From a virus: DNA of 12,423 nt. The notes below the pieces were generated by a model. That model made no database searches. It had not been told where the DNA came from and saw only the letters and a program-made list of their open reading frames with translations. Below, one piece after another: positions 1 through 7,050 of this stretch; position 1 is the stretch's first letter, and every line of letters begins with the position of its first letter. A program made the position numbers and the translations under genes. The stretch lies in UHGV virus genome UHGV-1781828, one strand, 5' to 3'.

Positions 1-21
1 AGACGTGTGCTCTTCCGATCT
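1..21. other. Illumina TruSeq adapter remnant (reverse complement of AGATCGGAAGAGCACACGTCT)
   Basis: Positions 1-21 read agacgtgtgctcttccgatct, an exact 21-nt match to the reverse complement of the universal adapter stem. Confidence 0.85.
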
Positions 22-377
22 TCTCGTTTTGCTTCACCGAGCTTTCGTCTTAATTCCATGTTTTCTGATTCAAGCTTTTCCATGTCTTGTTGGTATCGAT
101 CGCGGTGTTCTTTCCATGCTTTTCGATACGCCTTCATGTACGTTGTATTGGCCTTTCTCTTTGCCTGACGAACCGCATGGTGGTTTTTCACAAACCAGTC
201 AGGGTCGTTAAATGCTGCTCTGGCGCATGTATACCAATAATTTGTTGCCTCCCTGTTTAGCCAATAAATAATGATAAATGGCAACCGGATAGACACCATT
301 TTTCGTTGTGACTCTTTCTCGCCAAACATGTGCCCTTTTTTGATGCTAAGGCCAAATCCAGGTTGAATTAAAAGCAT
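1..377 (-). CDS. Hypothetical nin-region protein, partial (3' end runs off the window; last ~7 codons read into adapter)
   Basis: Own translation of the minus strand: open frame from ATG at 377 to position 1 with no stop (MLLIQPGFGLSIKKGHMFGEKESQRK...). GAGGA Shine-Dalgarno 7 nt upstream, overlapping the ninE stop. Not in the ORF track because it has no stop in the window. No family recognised. Confidence 0.5.
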   Translation of the reverse strand, partial: MLLIQPGFGLSIKKGHMFGEKESQRKMVSIRLPFIIIYWLNREATNYWYTCARAAFNDPDWFVKNHHAVRQAKRKANTTYMKAYRKAWKEHRDRYQQDMEKLESENMELRRKLGEAKREDRKSTR

Positions 378-379
378 TG

Positions 380-556
380 TCATTTCCTCGCACGATGTCT
401 TAGCCACCGGATATCCCACAGGTGAGCCGTGTAGTTGAAGGTTTTTACGTCAGATTCTTTTGGGATTGGCTTGCGTTTATTTCTGGAGCGTTTCGTTGGA
501 AGGTATTTGCAGTTTTCGCAGATGATGTCGGTGAAACTTCGTCGCTGTCGTCTCAT
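380..556 (-). CDS. ninE: NinE protein (58 aa)
   Basis: Translation [58 protein letters not shown] closely matches lambda NinE as recalled. Start taken at the internal Met of the 73-aa track ORF; its ATG overlaps the ninB stop (ATGA). Confidence 0.85.
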   Translation of the reverse strand: MRRQRRSFTDIICENCKYLPTKRSRNKRKPIPKESDVKTFNYTAHLWDIRWLRHRARK

Positions 557-963
557 TCGTACCTCCTGTCGGTAAATCTGACACCCTGACCAATAGCCCA
601 TGCTGTCGTGTACTCAATCAGACTTGCCATACGCTTCACACTCATCTGCGCGCTGCTTTCGCGAATGTTGACGTATTCGCCTTCAAGGCCGCGCAAAACA
701 TCAGCTTCCTGTTTTGTTGCCACTGCATGACCGCTGATCAACAAAACCTTCCATTGTTCCGGTTTTAACCATTTTCCGCACCATTGAACCTGACGTGCGA
801 TATCCGCCAGCATCGCGTGAAATTTTGCGTTCTGGTCAAGGTTGCGCTTGTAGTCAGTAATGCGGATGGTGACTGGCTTGTCTTTATCGAGTGGTGTTGC
901 GAGGATGGCATTTATTGCAGCTTGCTGTTGTTGCTTAGTTCGGAGGAAGATTGTTTGCTTCAT
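553..963 (-). CDS. ninB: NinB recombination protein (Orf-family, 136 aa)
   Basis: Translation [21 protein letters not shown]...[19 protein letters not shown] resembles lambda NinB in length and motifs. Start set at ATG 963, which has a GAGGTG Shine-Dalgarno upstream, rather than the GTG at 969 used by the track. Confidence 0.85.
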   Translation of the reverse strand: MKQTIFLRTKQQQQAAINAILATPLDKDKPVTIRITDYKRNLDQNAKFHAMLADIARQVQWCGKWLKPEQWKVLLISGHAVATKQEADVLRGLEGEYVNIRESSAQMSVKRMASLIEYTTAWAIGQGVRFTDRRYE

Positions 964-970
964 TGTCACC

Positions 971-1177
971 TCAACTCACAAAACGCCACGCCATTTTTGC
1001 TACGACAACAGGCATAACACCGATAATCCCCCACAGGAAAATGCTACCTAAAAGAATATTCCCCAGGTCTTTACCTTCGCCTACCAACCGGACAAAACAG
1101 CCAGCAACCACAATGAACGTCGCCACCATCCACAGAGCACCGAGAAGCCTCAATGCAGAGAAAATCAACTCAACCAC
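971..1177 (-). CDS. Small hydrophobic (probable membrane) protein, 68 aa
   Basis: Track ORF with GTG start. Sequence is dominated by hydrophobic residues (LLGALWMVATFIVVAGCF...IFLWGIIGVMPVVVA), consistent with two transmembrane helices. Sits between the helicase terminator and ninB. Weak evidence for expression. Confidence 0.4.
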   Translation of the reverse strand: MVELIFSALRLLGALWMVATFIVVAGCFVRLVGEGKDLGNILLGSIFLWGIIGVMPVVVAKMAWRFVS

Positions 1178-1192
1178 GATTTACTCTCCCCC

Positions 1193-1224
1193 AAATAAAA
1201 AGGCCTGCGATTACCAGCAGGCCT
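1193..1224 (-). terminator. Rho-independent terminator downstream of the helicase gene (tR2-like position)
   Basis: Minus strand reads AGGCCTGC-tggtaatc-GCAGGCCT followed by TTTTATTT: an 8-bp GC-rich stem, 8-nt loop and T-tract, 29 nt past the helicase stop. Confidence 0.65.
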
Positions 1225-1252
1225 GTTATTAGCTCAGTGACGTAGATGGTCA

Positions 1253-2689
1253 TCAGAATCCTCCTTTCTTCTTGGACTGCGGTTCCTCGCGTTCACGGCG
1301 GCGCATTTCAGCAGACTGTTGGTCTGTGTCATAAATAGCGCCATTTGCCTGAATGCAATACACCGTGCCGGTATTGCCATGACGATTGAGACGAAGGATT
1401 AGTTCGGTTTCACCAGGAGGAACGCTGTCATCAAAAGCACCTTCACGATGGATCCCGACCCAATAATCGCAATCCTGTTCAATCTGCCCTGTATCTCGCG
1501 AGTCACTTGGTAATGGGCGTTTATTGGTTCGGCTTTCCAATGCGCGGTTAAGCTGTGTCAGAAGCACAACAACGCAATCAAGCTCTTTGGCAAGGTTCTT
1601 CAGTCCTTTGGTGATCATGCCGTAAGCAAGGTCGTTGCGATCGGCCTTTTCAGCGGTCATTAGTGTCAGGTAATCGACCAGAATCATGCCAACACATCCT
1701 TTTTCTCGCTTGATTCGACGGCTTTCGCTGACGATTTGAGCCAGAGATAATCCCGGCGTGTCGTCGATGTAAAGCAGGTCGATTTCACTCAAGCGATTGG
1801 CTGTTTCGATCGCCCTGTTGAAGTCACCATCGTAATCACCCTGATAGCCGTCATCAGCGTCACTTGTCGCCGGAAGGTAAAAAATATTCGGGTTAACACC
1901 TGACTTCTGTCCCACCAGTTTTTCCAGTATCTGATCACCTGGCATTTCAAGGCTGAACATCAGAGCGGGCTTTTTCTCATGCACTGCGCAATTGATTGCC
2001 ATCTGGCTGTATAGCGTCGTTTTCCCCATCTTAGGGCGAGCGCCAATGACAAACAGAGAGCCTTTCACCAGACCTTTCGGTGACAGCATCCTGTCCAGCG
2101 ATGGGATCCCTGTGCTCATTCCCCGTTGTTCGCCTGATGGGTCAAATCGTTTCTCAAGGTCGCTAACCCAGTCTTCCATAACCTCACCAAATGAGCGAAG
2201 GCCGCGACGCGATCCGGTTTTTGCATGGTCTGTCAGTTGCGTGAAAATCGCCTGAATAGCTTCGTACTTCTGCGTCGCAGTCATTCCGTTGCGGGAATAG
2301 AGCAATTCCGTCGCTTCAGTCATGCGGTTGATGGCGTAGCGTTCCATTGCGGTTTCGCGAACCTGCATTGCATAGGCAACGATGTTTGCGGCGCTTGGCG
2401 TGTTCTTTGCGATCTCAGTGATATAAGCAAAACCGCCAACAGACGCCGTTAACGATTTACGCTCCAGTTCATCGAAAAGCGTCAGGCCATCTACTGGCTT
2501 TTGCTCCCGGTGCATTCTGGTTATTTCTTCGAAAATGATTTTGTGTGGTCGGCTGTAAAATGAATCAGGCTTCAGCATCGCCAGAACTTTCTGGACGCGC
2601 TCACTGCTGTCATCATCCAGAAGCAATCCACCAATCACCGCCTGCTCTGCCTCGATGCTATGGGGCGGCGCATAAAAATTATCGGTCAT
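1253..2689 (-). CDS. Replicative DNA helicase, DnaB family (P22 gene 12-like), 478 aa
   Basis: Track ORF with DnaB-like N-terminal region (HSIEAEQAVIGGLLLD), Walker A (GARPKMGKT) and a Walker B-like stretch (LILVDYLTLM). Start set at ATG 2689 (MTDNFYAPP...), which has a GAGGG Shine-Dalgarno; it overlaps the O-like stop by 11 nt. Confidence 0.9.
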   Translation of the reverse strand: MTDNFYAPPHSIEAEQAVIGGLLLDDDSSERVQKVLAMLKPDSFYSRPHKIIFEEITRMHREQKPVDGLTLFDELERKSLTASVGGFAYITEIAKNTPSAANIVAYAMQVRETAMERYAINRMTEATELLYSRNGMTATQKYEAIQAIFTQLTDHAKTGSRRGLRSFGEVMEDWVSDLEKRFDPSGEQRGMSTGIPSLDRMLSPKGLVKGSLFVIGARPKMGKTTLYSQMAINCAVHEKKPALMFSLEMPGDQILEKLVGQKSGVNPNIFYLPATSDADDGYQGDYDGDFNRAIETANRLSEIDLLYIDDTPGLSLAQIVSESRRIKREKGCVGMILVDYLTLMTAEKADRNDLAYGMITKGLKNLAKELDCVVVLLTQLNRALESRTNKRPLPSDSRDTGQIEQDCDYWVGIHREGAFDDSVPPGETELILRLNRHGNTGTVYCIQANGAIYDTDQQSAEMRRREREEPQSKKKGGF

Positions 2690-3569
2690 CGTGTTCACCC
2701 TCACGAACTTTCAGGTAGGTATTATCGTTAAGCAGGAAATCAAATCCCTTTTTGTGCCAGACGGTTCCGCGTTGATGGTTTTGGCGCTCTTCGAACATCC
2801 ATCGGCAATTTTCGCCTACGTAGCTCAAATAATTTCTCCAGTCCTGCATCGTGAACCCATGCCCGTCAAGCTGGCGGGTTATCACTCCGGCTTTGCGCCA
2901 GAACGTTCGGATCTGGTTTTTACGCTTGTCATTCAGTGCGCGGATTTTTGGCGCTTCAGGAAGGATTTCGTGGTAAGCATCGACAACATCCTGACAGCTA
3001 ACGGAAGGTTTTTTCTTGTCAGACTTTTTGTCTGCTGCGGTACTCTCTAATACGTCAGTATTAGAGATATTATTTATATTATTGTTTATGGACAACCGTT
3101 GGACAACCGTTGGACAATCTCCGCTGAGAGCCGCGCCATTACTGGTGTTTGCGTTGGACAACCGTTGGACAACCGTTGGACAATTTTTTGCCTGAAAATC
3201 GTCATATTTAACGATTGTAAACAGGCTAAATTTCTTCCCCATCGAGCAAATATTAAGCATCCCTTTCGACTCAAAAGTCCGTAATAAGCTCCGAACTTTG
3301 TTGTCGGGGATGAATGTTTCTCTGACCAGCGACGGGCGTCCAGTTATCATCTGACCGCGATCAACAGTTATCGGCCCGATATCCGTATTGACGACAGTAG
3401 ATTCGTGATTAGCCTTGAGGATTAAGTGAAGCCAAAGATGTACTGCCTGAGAGTCCTTATAGAGCCTGCTGTCCATAAACTGGCGGTGTATAGAGACATA
3501 CCCCATACTGGATGCCTCCTGATGTTGTACAGGGTTATGCCTGTAATCAGCTAACTTAACGACGCCCAT
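2679..3569 (-). CDS. Replication initiation protein, O-like (P22 gene 18-like), 296 aa
   Basis: Track ORF with strong AGGAGTG Shine-Dalgarno before ATG 3569. Sits directly upstream of, and is translationally coupled to, the helicase. Contains iterated DNA repeats inside the coding region (protein repeat CPTVVQRLS), as phage O-type initiators do. Confidence 0.85.
   Translation of the reverse strand: MGVVKLADYRHNPVQHQEASSMGYVSIHRQFMDSRLYKDSQAVHLWLHLILKANHESTVVNTDIGPITVDRGQMITGRPSLVRETFIPDNKVRSLLRTFESKGMLNICSMGKKFSLFTIVKYDDFQAKNCPTVVQRLSNANTSNGAALSGDCPTVVQRLSINNNINNISNTDVLESTAADKKSDKKKPSVSCQDVVDAYHEILPEAPKIRALNDKRKNQIRTFWRKAGVITRQLDGHGFTMQDWRNYLSYVGENCRWMFEERQNHQRGTVWHKKGFDFLLNDNTYLKVREGEHDDR
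3090..3183. repeat. Replication origin iterons inside the O-like gene
   Basis: Two clusters of the 11-bp unit ggacaaccgtt (2.5 copies each) at 3090-3117 and 3156-3183, separated by 38 bp, with an AT-rich tract (attagagatattatttatattattgtttat) immediately adjacent at about 3055-3089. Confidence 0.7.
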
Positions 3570-3717
3570 GTTTCACTCCTGCTTTGGCTAGTCTGTAAAC
3601 ACCAACAAGGCGCTCTGCGAACGCCCTGTTATTTGCTGCGGCTACCACTAATCCCTCAGGTGAATCAGGGTGTCGAATCTCTTCTTTTTCCTGGTATTTC
3701 TTACGACGTTTTGTCAT
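3556..3717 (-). CDS. Small ORF (53 aa) between cII-like gene and O-like gene
   Basis: Own translation: ATG at 3717, MTKRRKKYQEKEEIRHPDSPEGLVVAAANNRAFAERLVGVYRLAKAGVKHGRR, stop TAA at 3558-3556. Strong AGGAGTC Shine-Dalgarno. The RBS and first codons resemble the lambda O start region as recalled (CAGGAGTCATTATGACAAA). Overlaps the O-like start by 14 nt. Below the track length cut-off. Confidence 0.4.
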   Translation of the reverse strand: MTKRRKKYQEKEEIRHPDSPEGLVVAAANNRAFAERLVGVYRLAKAGVKHGRR

Positions 3718-3728
3718 AATGACTCCTG

Positions 3729-3804
3729 TGGATTGATCCAGTAATGACCTCAGAATTGCATATCAATTTGCTTAAAATCCTCGGTGGCGGCCGGGGATTT
3801 TTTC
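3729..3804 (+). ncRNA. oop: oop-like antisense RNA overlapping the 3' end of the cII-like gene
   Basis: Plus-strand ggattgatccagtaatgacctcagaa... resembles the recalled 5' portion of lambda oop RNA. A CATAAT -10 hexamer lies at 3715-3720 and an intrinsic terminator at the 3' end. The transcript is antisense to the cII-like C-terminus. Ends are approximate. Confidence 0.6.
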
Positions 3805-4046
3805 TTTGTGATTTCATCAAGCGCATACTTAAAAGCCCTACTAATCGGACTGATGTCTGATGCCATTCCTAAAGCACACAAGACCGAAGCAATAAATCTC
3901 CAGTCCGTTCTGCTTATCTTCGATTCATGACAGCCAATCATCTTTGCCAAACCGCGCTGGGTAAGCGTTGACAGGTTGATGAGTAAATCAGTTTCAGCGC
4001 GATCAATTTCTCGCTGTGTTGGCTTGCTGTAACTTGCTTGTGTCAT
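3750..4046 (-). CDS. cII: CII-like transcriptional activator (98 aa)
   Basis: Lies directly after cro and nutR. Its C-terminal tail KKKSPAATEDFKQIDMQF matches the lambda CII tail KKRPAATERSEQIQMEF as recalled; the N-terminal part is diverged. Confidence 0.8.
   Translation of the reverse strand: MTQASYSKPTQREIDRAETDLLINLSTLTQRGLAKMIGCHESKISRTDWRFIASVLCALGMASDISPISRAFKYALDEITKKKSPAATEDFKQIDMQF
3778..3806 (+). terminator. Intrinsic terminator of the oop-like RNA (to-like)
   Basis: TCCTCGG-tggcgg-CCGGGGA (7-bp stem with one G-U pair, 6-nt loop) followed by TTTTTTCTTT. Confidence 0.65.
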
Positions 4047-4130
4047 TTCTTAATATTTCCAATAGTGAATAGTTAGTTGAAAGGTATGCGTGGAAACGCA
4101 TATGGCCTTAGTTGGTCAGATATATTGGGA

Positions 4131-4147
4131 CTCGCTTTGTCAGCGAC
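4131..4147 (-). promoter_or_regulatory. nutR boxB-like hairpin, P22 type
   Basis: Minus strand reads TCGCTGACAAAGCGA, a stem-loop with the GACAA pentaloop of P22-type boxB (canonical GCGCUGACAAAGCGC as recalled), located between cro and cII. A further hairpin (TATGCGT-ttcc-ACGCATA, minus strand, 4085-4102) lies downstream at a tR1-like position but lacks a T-tract. Confidence 0.55.
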
Positions 4148-4184
4148 GTAGGACGAATGTCCATTGTGAAAATAGCGGTGTTAC

Positions 4185-4394
<210 letters not shown>

Positions 4395-4409
4395 TTAGTA
4401 CATGCAACC

Positions 4410-4481
4410 ATTATCACCGCTAGAGGTAAAATAGTCAACACGCACGGTGTTAGATATTTATCCCTTGCGGTGATAGATTTA
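4410..4481. promoter_or_regulatory. Right operator and divergent promoters PR / PRM (OR1, OR2, OR3)
   Basis: OR1 4412-4428 (tatcaccgctagaggta), OR2 4436-4452 (caacacgcacggtgtta), OR3 4459-4475 (tatcccttgcggtgata). PR -35 TTGACT and -10 GATAAT on the minus strand (plus 4433-4438 and 4410-4415). PRM -35 TAGATA at 4451-4456 and -10 GATTTA at 4476-4481, with the cI ATG at 4486 (leaderless, as in lambda). Confidence 0.9.
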
Positions 4482-4482
4482 A

Positions 4483-5199
<717 letters not shown>

Positions 5200-5217
5200 T
5201 TTTAAGGAAATATCTTC

Positions 5218-5658
5218 ATGAGAGAAGAAAAAATAATAACAATCTACACAACGGCGGTAAAACCCGGGCTGGCAATCACTCCTTTTATGACACCAGATCC
5301 TATAATAGTGTCGGAAGAATACCCTTGTTCCGGCTCATTTTACCTAACTGCAATAATGTACTTCGAGCACGAAAAAAAATACACTACCGAACTTGATGTC
5401 GTATTCAATGGAGAATCGGTTTTACCTGATATCTCTAGCAATCAAGAGCAACTGCAAACATTTATGTTTTCTCCTGTCAATGAAAAATATGTTGTGGTTG
5501 GCACATATCTTTTCGTTAAAAACATCAAACTTATAGAAACAGGAACATATGACATAATTTATCGCATCTTTGAAGACATTGATGGTAATCTTAGCGAAGT
5601 TATTGATGAAAAAAAATGCGCTCTTATTTCAACCACCCCGAACAGAGATAAGGAATGA
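5218..5658 (+). CDS. Hypothetical protein (146 aa), first gene of the cassette in the rexA position
   Basis: Track ORF starting 19 nt after the cI stop on the same strand, AAGGA Shine-Dalgarno. Visibly AT-rich compared with the flanks. Acidic, no transmembrane segment, no recognisable motif. Confidence 0.6.
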   Translation: MREEKIITIYTTAVKPGLAITPFMTPDPIIVSEEYPCSGSFYLTAIMYFEHEKKYTTELDVVFNGESVLPDISSNQEQLQTFMFSPVNEKYVVVGTYLFVKNIKLIETGTYDIIYRIFEDIDGNLSEVIDEKKCALISTTPNRDKE

Positions 5659-6011
5659 AACGACATCTGTACGCTGTGCCTCTTGACAGGAGTAAAGTTG
5701 ATAATTTTCCACATAACCACCATAATGATGAGACATATGGTGGTGGTAACGGTGGAGGTGGTGACATGTTACAGCGCATAAAAATTCTTGAAGATAAAGT
5801 CGCAACCATGGCGACCGACATCGCTGTAATTAAGTCTAACTATGCAACATCTGCCAATGTAGAATCTGTTAAAACAGACATAGCTAATGCAAAAGCAGAA
5901 CTTCACAGCGCAATGAGACTCCAAGCCATGGCTATTATTGGTTCAGTTCTTGCAGCCGTTGGAACTGGTGTTGGGTTAATAATAAAAATGATGCCATCAC
6001 TACCTCACTAA
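5655..6011 (+). CDS. Hypothetical membrane-anchored coiled-coil protein (118 aa; alternative start at 5766 gives 82 aa), second gene of the cassette in the rexB position
   Basis: ATGA overlap with the upstream gene. An in-frame ATG at 5766 has a strong GGAGGTG Shine-Dalgarno. Predicted amphipathic helical region (LQRIKILEDKVATMATDIAVIK...AKAELHSAMRLQ) followed by a single C-terminal transmembrane helix with small-xxx-small motifs (AMAIIGSVLAAVGTGVGLIIKMM). Confidence 0.6.
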   Translation: MKRHLYAVPLDRSKVDNFPHNHHNDETYGGGNGGGGDMLQRIKILEDKVATMATDIAVIKSNYATSANVESVKTDIANAKAELHSAMRLQAMAIIGSVLAAVGTGVGLIIKMMPSLPH

Positions 6012-6022
6012 GAATCTACACA

Positions 6023-6049
6023 ACCCGGCCTCAGCGCCGGGTTTTCTTT
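6023..6049 (+). terminator. Rho-independent terminator after the cassette (tImm-like position)
   Basis: ACCCGGC-ctcagc-GCCGGGT stem-loop followed by TTTCTTT, 12 nt past the stop at 6009-6011. Confidence 0.6.
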
Positions 6050-6200
6050 GCCTCACGATCTCCCCACCTAAAAACACATAACCAATTGTATTTGTTGAAA
6101 AATAAACAGATACAACTCACTAAACATAGCAATTCAGATCTCTCACCTACCAAACAATGCCCCCCTGCAAAAAATAAATTCATATAAAAAACATACAGAT

Positions 6201-6270
6201 AACCATCTGCGGTGATGAATTATCTCTAGCGGTGTTGACATAAATACCACTGGCGGTGATACTAAACACA
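6201..6270 (+). promoter_or_regulatory. Left operator and PL promoter (OL3, OL2, OL1)
   Basis: OL3 6201-6217 (aaccatctgcggtgatg), OL2 6221-6237 (tatctctagcggtgttg), OL1 6245-6261 (taccactggcggtgata). PL -35 TTGACA at 6235-6240 and -10 GATACT at 6258-6263, directing rightward transcription toward N. Layout matches the lambda PL region as recalled, with several point differences. Confidence 0.9.
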
Positions 6271-6331
6271 TCAGCAGGACGCACTACTCACCATGGCGGT
6301 GAATATACAACGATTCGAATATGAATCTACG

Positions 6332-6346
6332 GCGCTGACAAAGCGC
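6332..6346 (+). promoter_or_regulatory. nutL boxB hairpin, P22 type
   Basis: GCGCTGACAAAGCGC: 5-bp stem with GACAA pentaloop, matching P22 boxB as recalled. Lies about 65 nt downstream of the PL start in the N leader. Confidence 0.6.
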
Positions 6347-6607
6347 AATAACCAAAGTGAACTTTGGGGTGTGGTGAAGCCAGCTAGTCACTGGCAAGTG
6401 CTTACCTACTGTTGAGCGGTGAAGCGCTCCCAACGCTAGCAATAGCGTGGACGAGATGGGGAGCCGCGGGCGATAAGGCCGCCATAACGCGCACGTTGTC
6501 GCATGGAAAAATCACTGGGGTGCCGGTTATACCCCTCCGAATGAGACTCAACAAGCTGGAGCTAGACTACCAGCCACCACACCACCAAAGTTCATCAGGA
6601 GGTCTAT

Positions 6608-6991
6608 ATGACACGCAGAACTCAGTTCAAAGGCAATTCACGTTCTCGTCGTCGTGAGCGTTTAAAGGCAAAGGCATTAGCTAACGGCGTACTGGCCCGC
6701 GAAGAAGCAATAAGTTCAGAAGTATTACACCGCCCTACTCTAAGCAGAGCGCAGATTCAGGCTAAAGGTACTCACGAAACGCCTGAGCGCATAGAAGACG
6801 CTAAGCCAATTAAGTTCATGGCACAGGACGTGATCTGGCAACAGAAAGAATACAGACGCAATCTGGAGCGAGCGGCCATTGTGTACGCGAATGAGTTTGG
6901 ACATAAGCAACCAGAAACTGGTGTATGTCTTCCAAACGTAGCCATTTACGCGGCAGGCTACCGGAAATCAAAACAACTGACGGCGAGGTGA
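6608..6991 (+). CDS. N: N-like transcription antitermination protein (P22 gene 24-like), 127 aa
   Basis: First gene downstream of PL/nutL, AGGAGG Shine-Dalgarno. N-terminal arginine-rich motif (GNSRSRRRERLKAKALA). C-terminus PNVAIYAAGYRKSKQLTAR resembles the P22 gp24 C-terminus as recalled. Confidence 0.75.
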   Translation: MTRRTQFKGNSRSRRRERLKAKALANGVLAREEAISSEVLHRPTLSRAQIQAKGTHETPERIEDAKPIKFMAQDVIWQQKEYRRNLERAAIVYANEFGHKQPETGVCLPNVAIYAAGYRKSKQLTAR

Positions 6992-7050
6992 CTTGTGTTG
7001 GTCGCCAGAAAATGAAATTAGGCAGTAAGCTACTGTATGAGGGGTGAGAT

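Noticed and set aside
5-211. Plus-strand 68-aa ORF at the window start
   Set aside because: It begins inside the adapter sequence, has no RBS, and lies antisense to a longer, better-supported minus-strand frame.
784-1232. Plus-strand ORFs 784-1017, 860-1051 and 951-1232
   Set aside because: They are antisense to ninB and the small membrane ORF, lack RBSs, and cross the minus-strand terminator.
1992-3050. Plus-strand ORFs 1992-2255, 2225-2452 and 2691-3050
   Set aside because: They are antisense to the helicase and O-like genes, which have strong coding signatures and recognisable motifs.
3090-3183. Possible CRISPR array (short direct repeats)
   Set aside because: The units are only 11 bp, arranged as two tandem clusters without regularly sized unique spacers. 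They are embedded in a coding sequence next to an AT-rich tract, the hallmark of origin iterons.
3086-3284. Track ORFs 3086-3274 (minus) and 3099-3284 (plus) with repeated peptide motifs
   Set aside because: They are generated by the ori iterons inside the O-like gene and overlap the much longer, well-supported O-like frame.
4085-4102. Hairpin TATGCGT-ttcc-ACGCATA as an intrinsic tR1 terminator
   Set aside because: There is no T-tract after the stem on the transcribed (minus) strand. Lambda tR1 is rho-dependent, so an intrinsic terminator is not required here; noted only as a structural element.
5624-5821. 65-aa minus-strand ORF within the cassette
   Set aside because: It is antisense to the coupled cassette genes, has no RBS, and encodes a proline-rich peptide that mirrors the glycine-rich codons of the sense strand.
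6412-6657. 81-aa plus-strand ORF in the N leader
   Set aside because: It has a non-ATG start with no RBS, is GC-rich and low-complexity, and overlaps the N start. It lies in the nutL-containing leader, which is expected to be untranslated.
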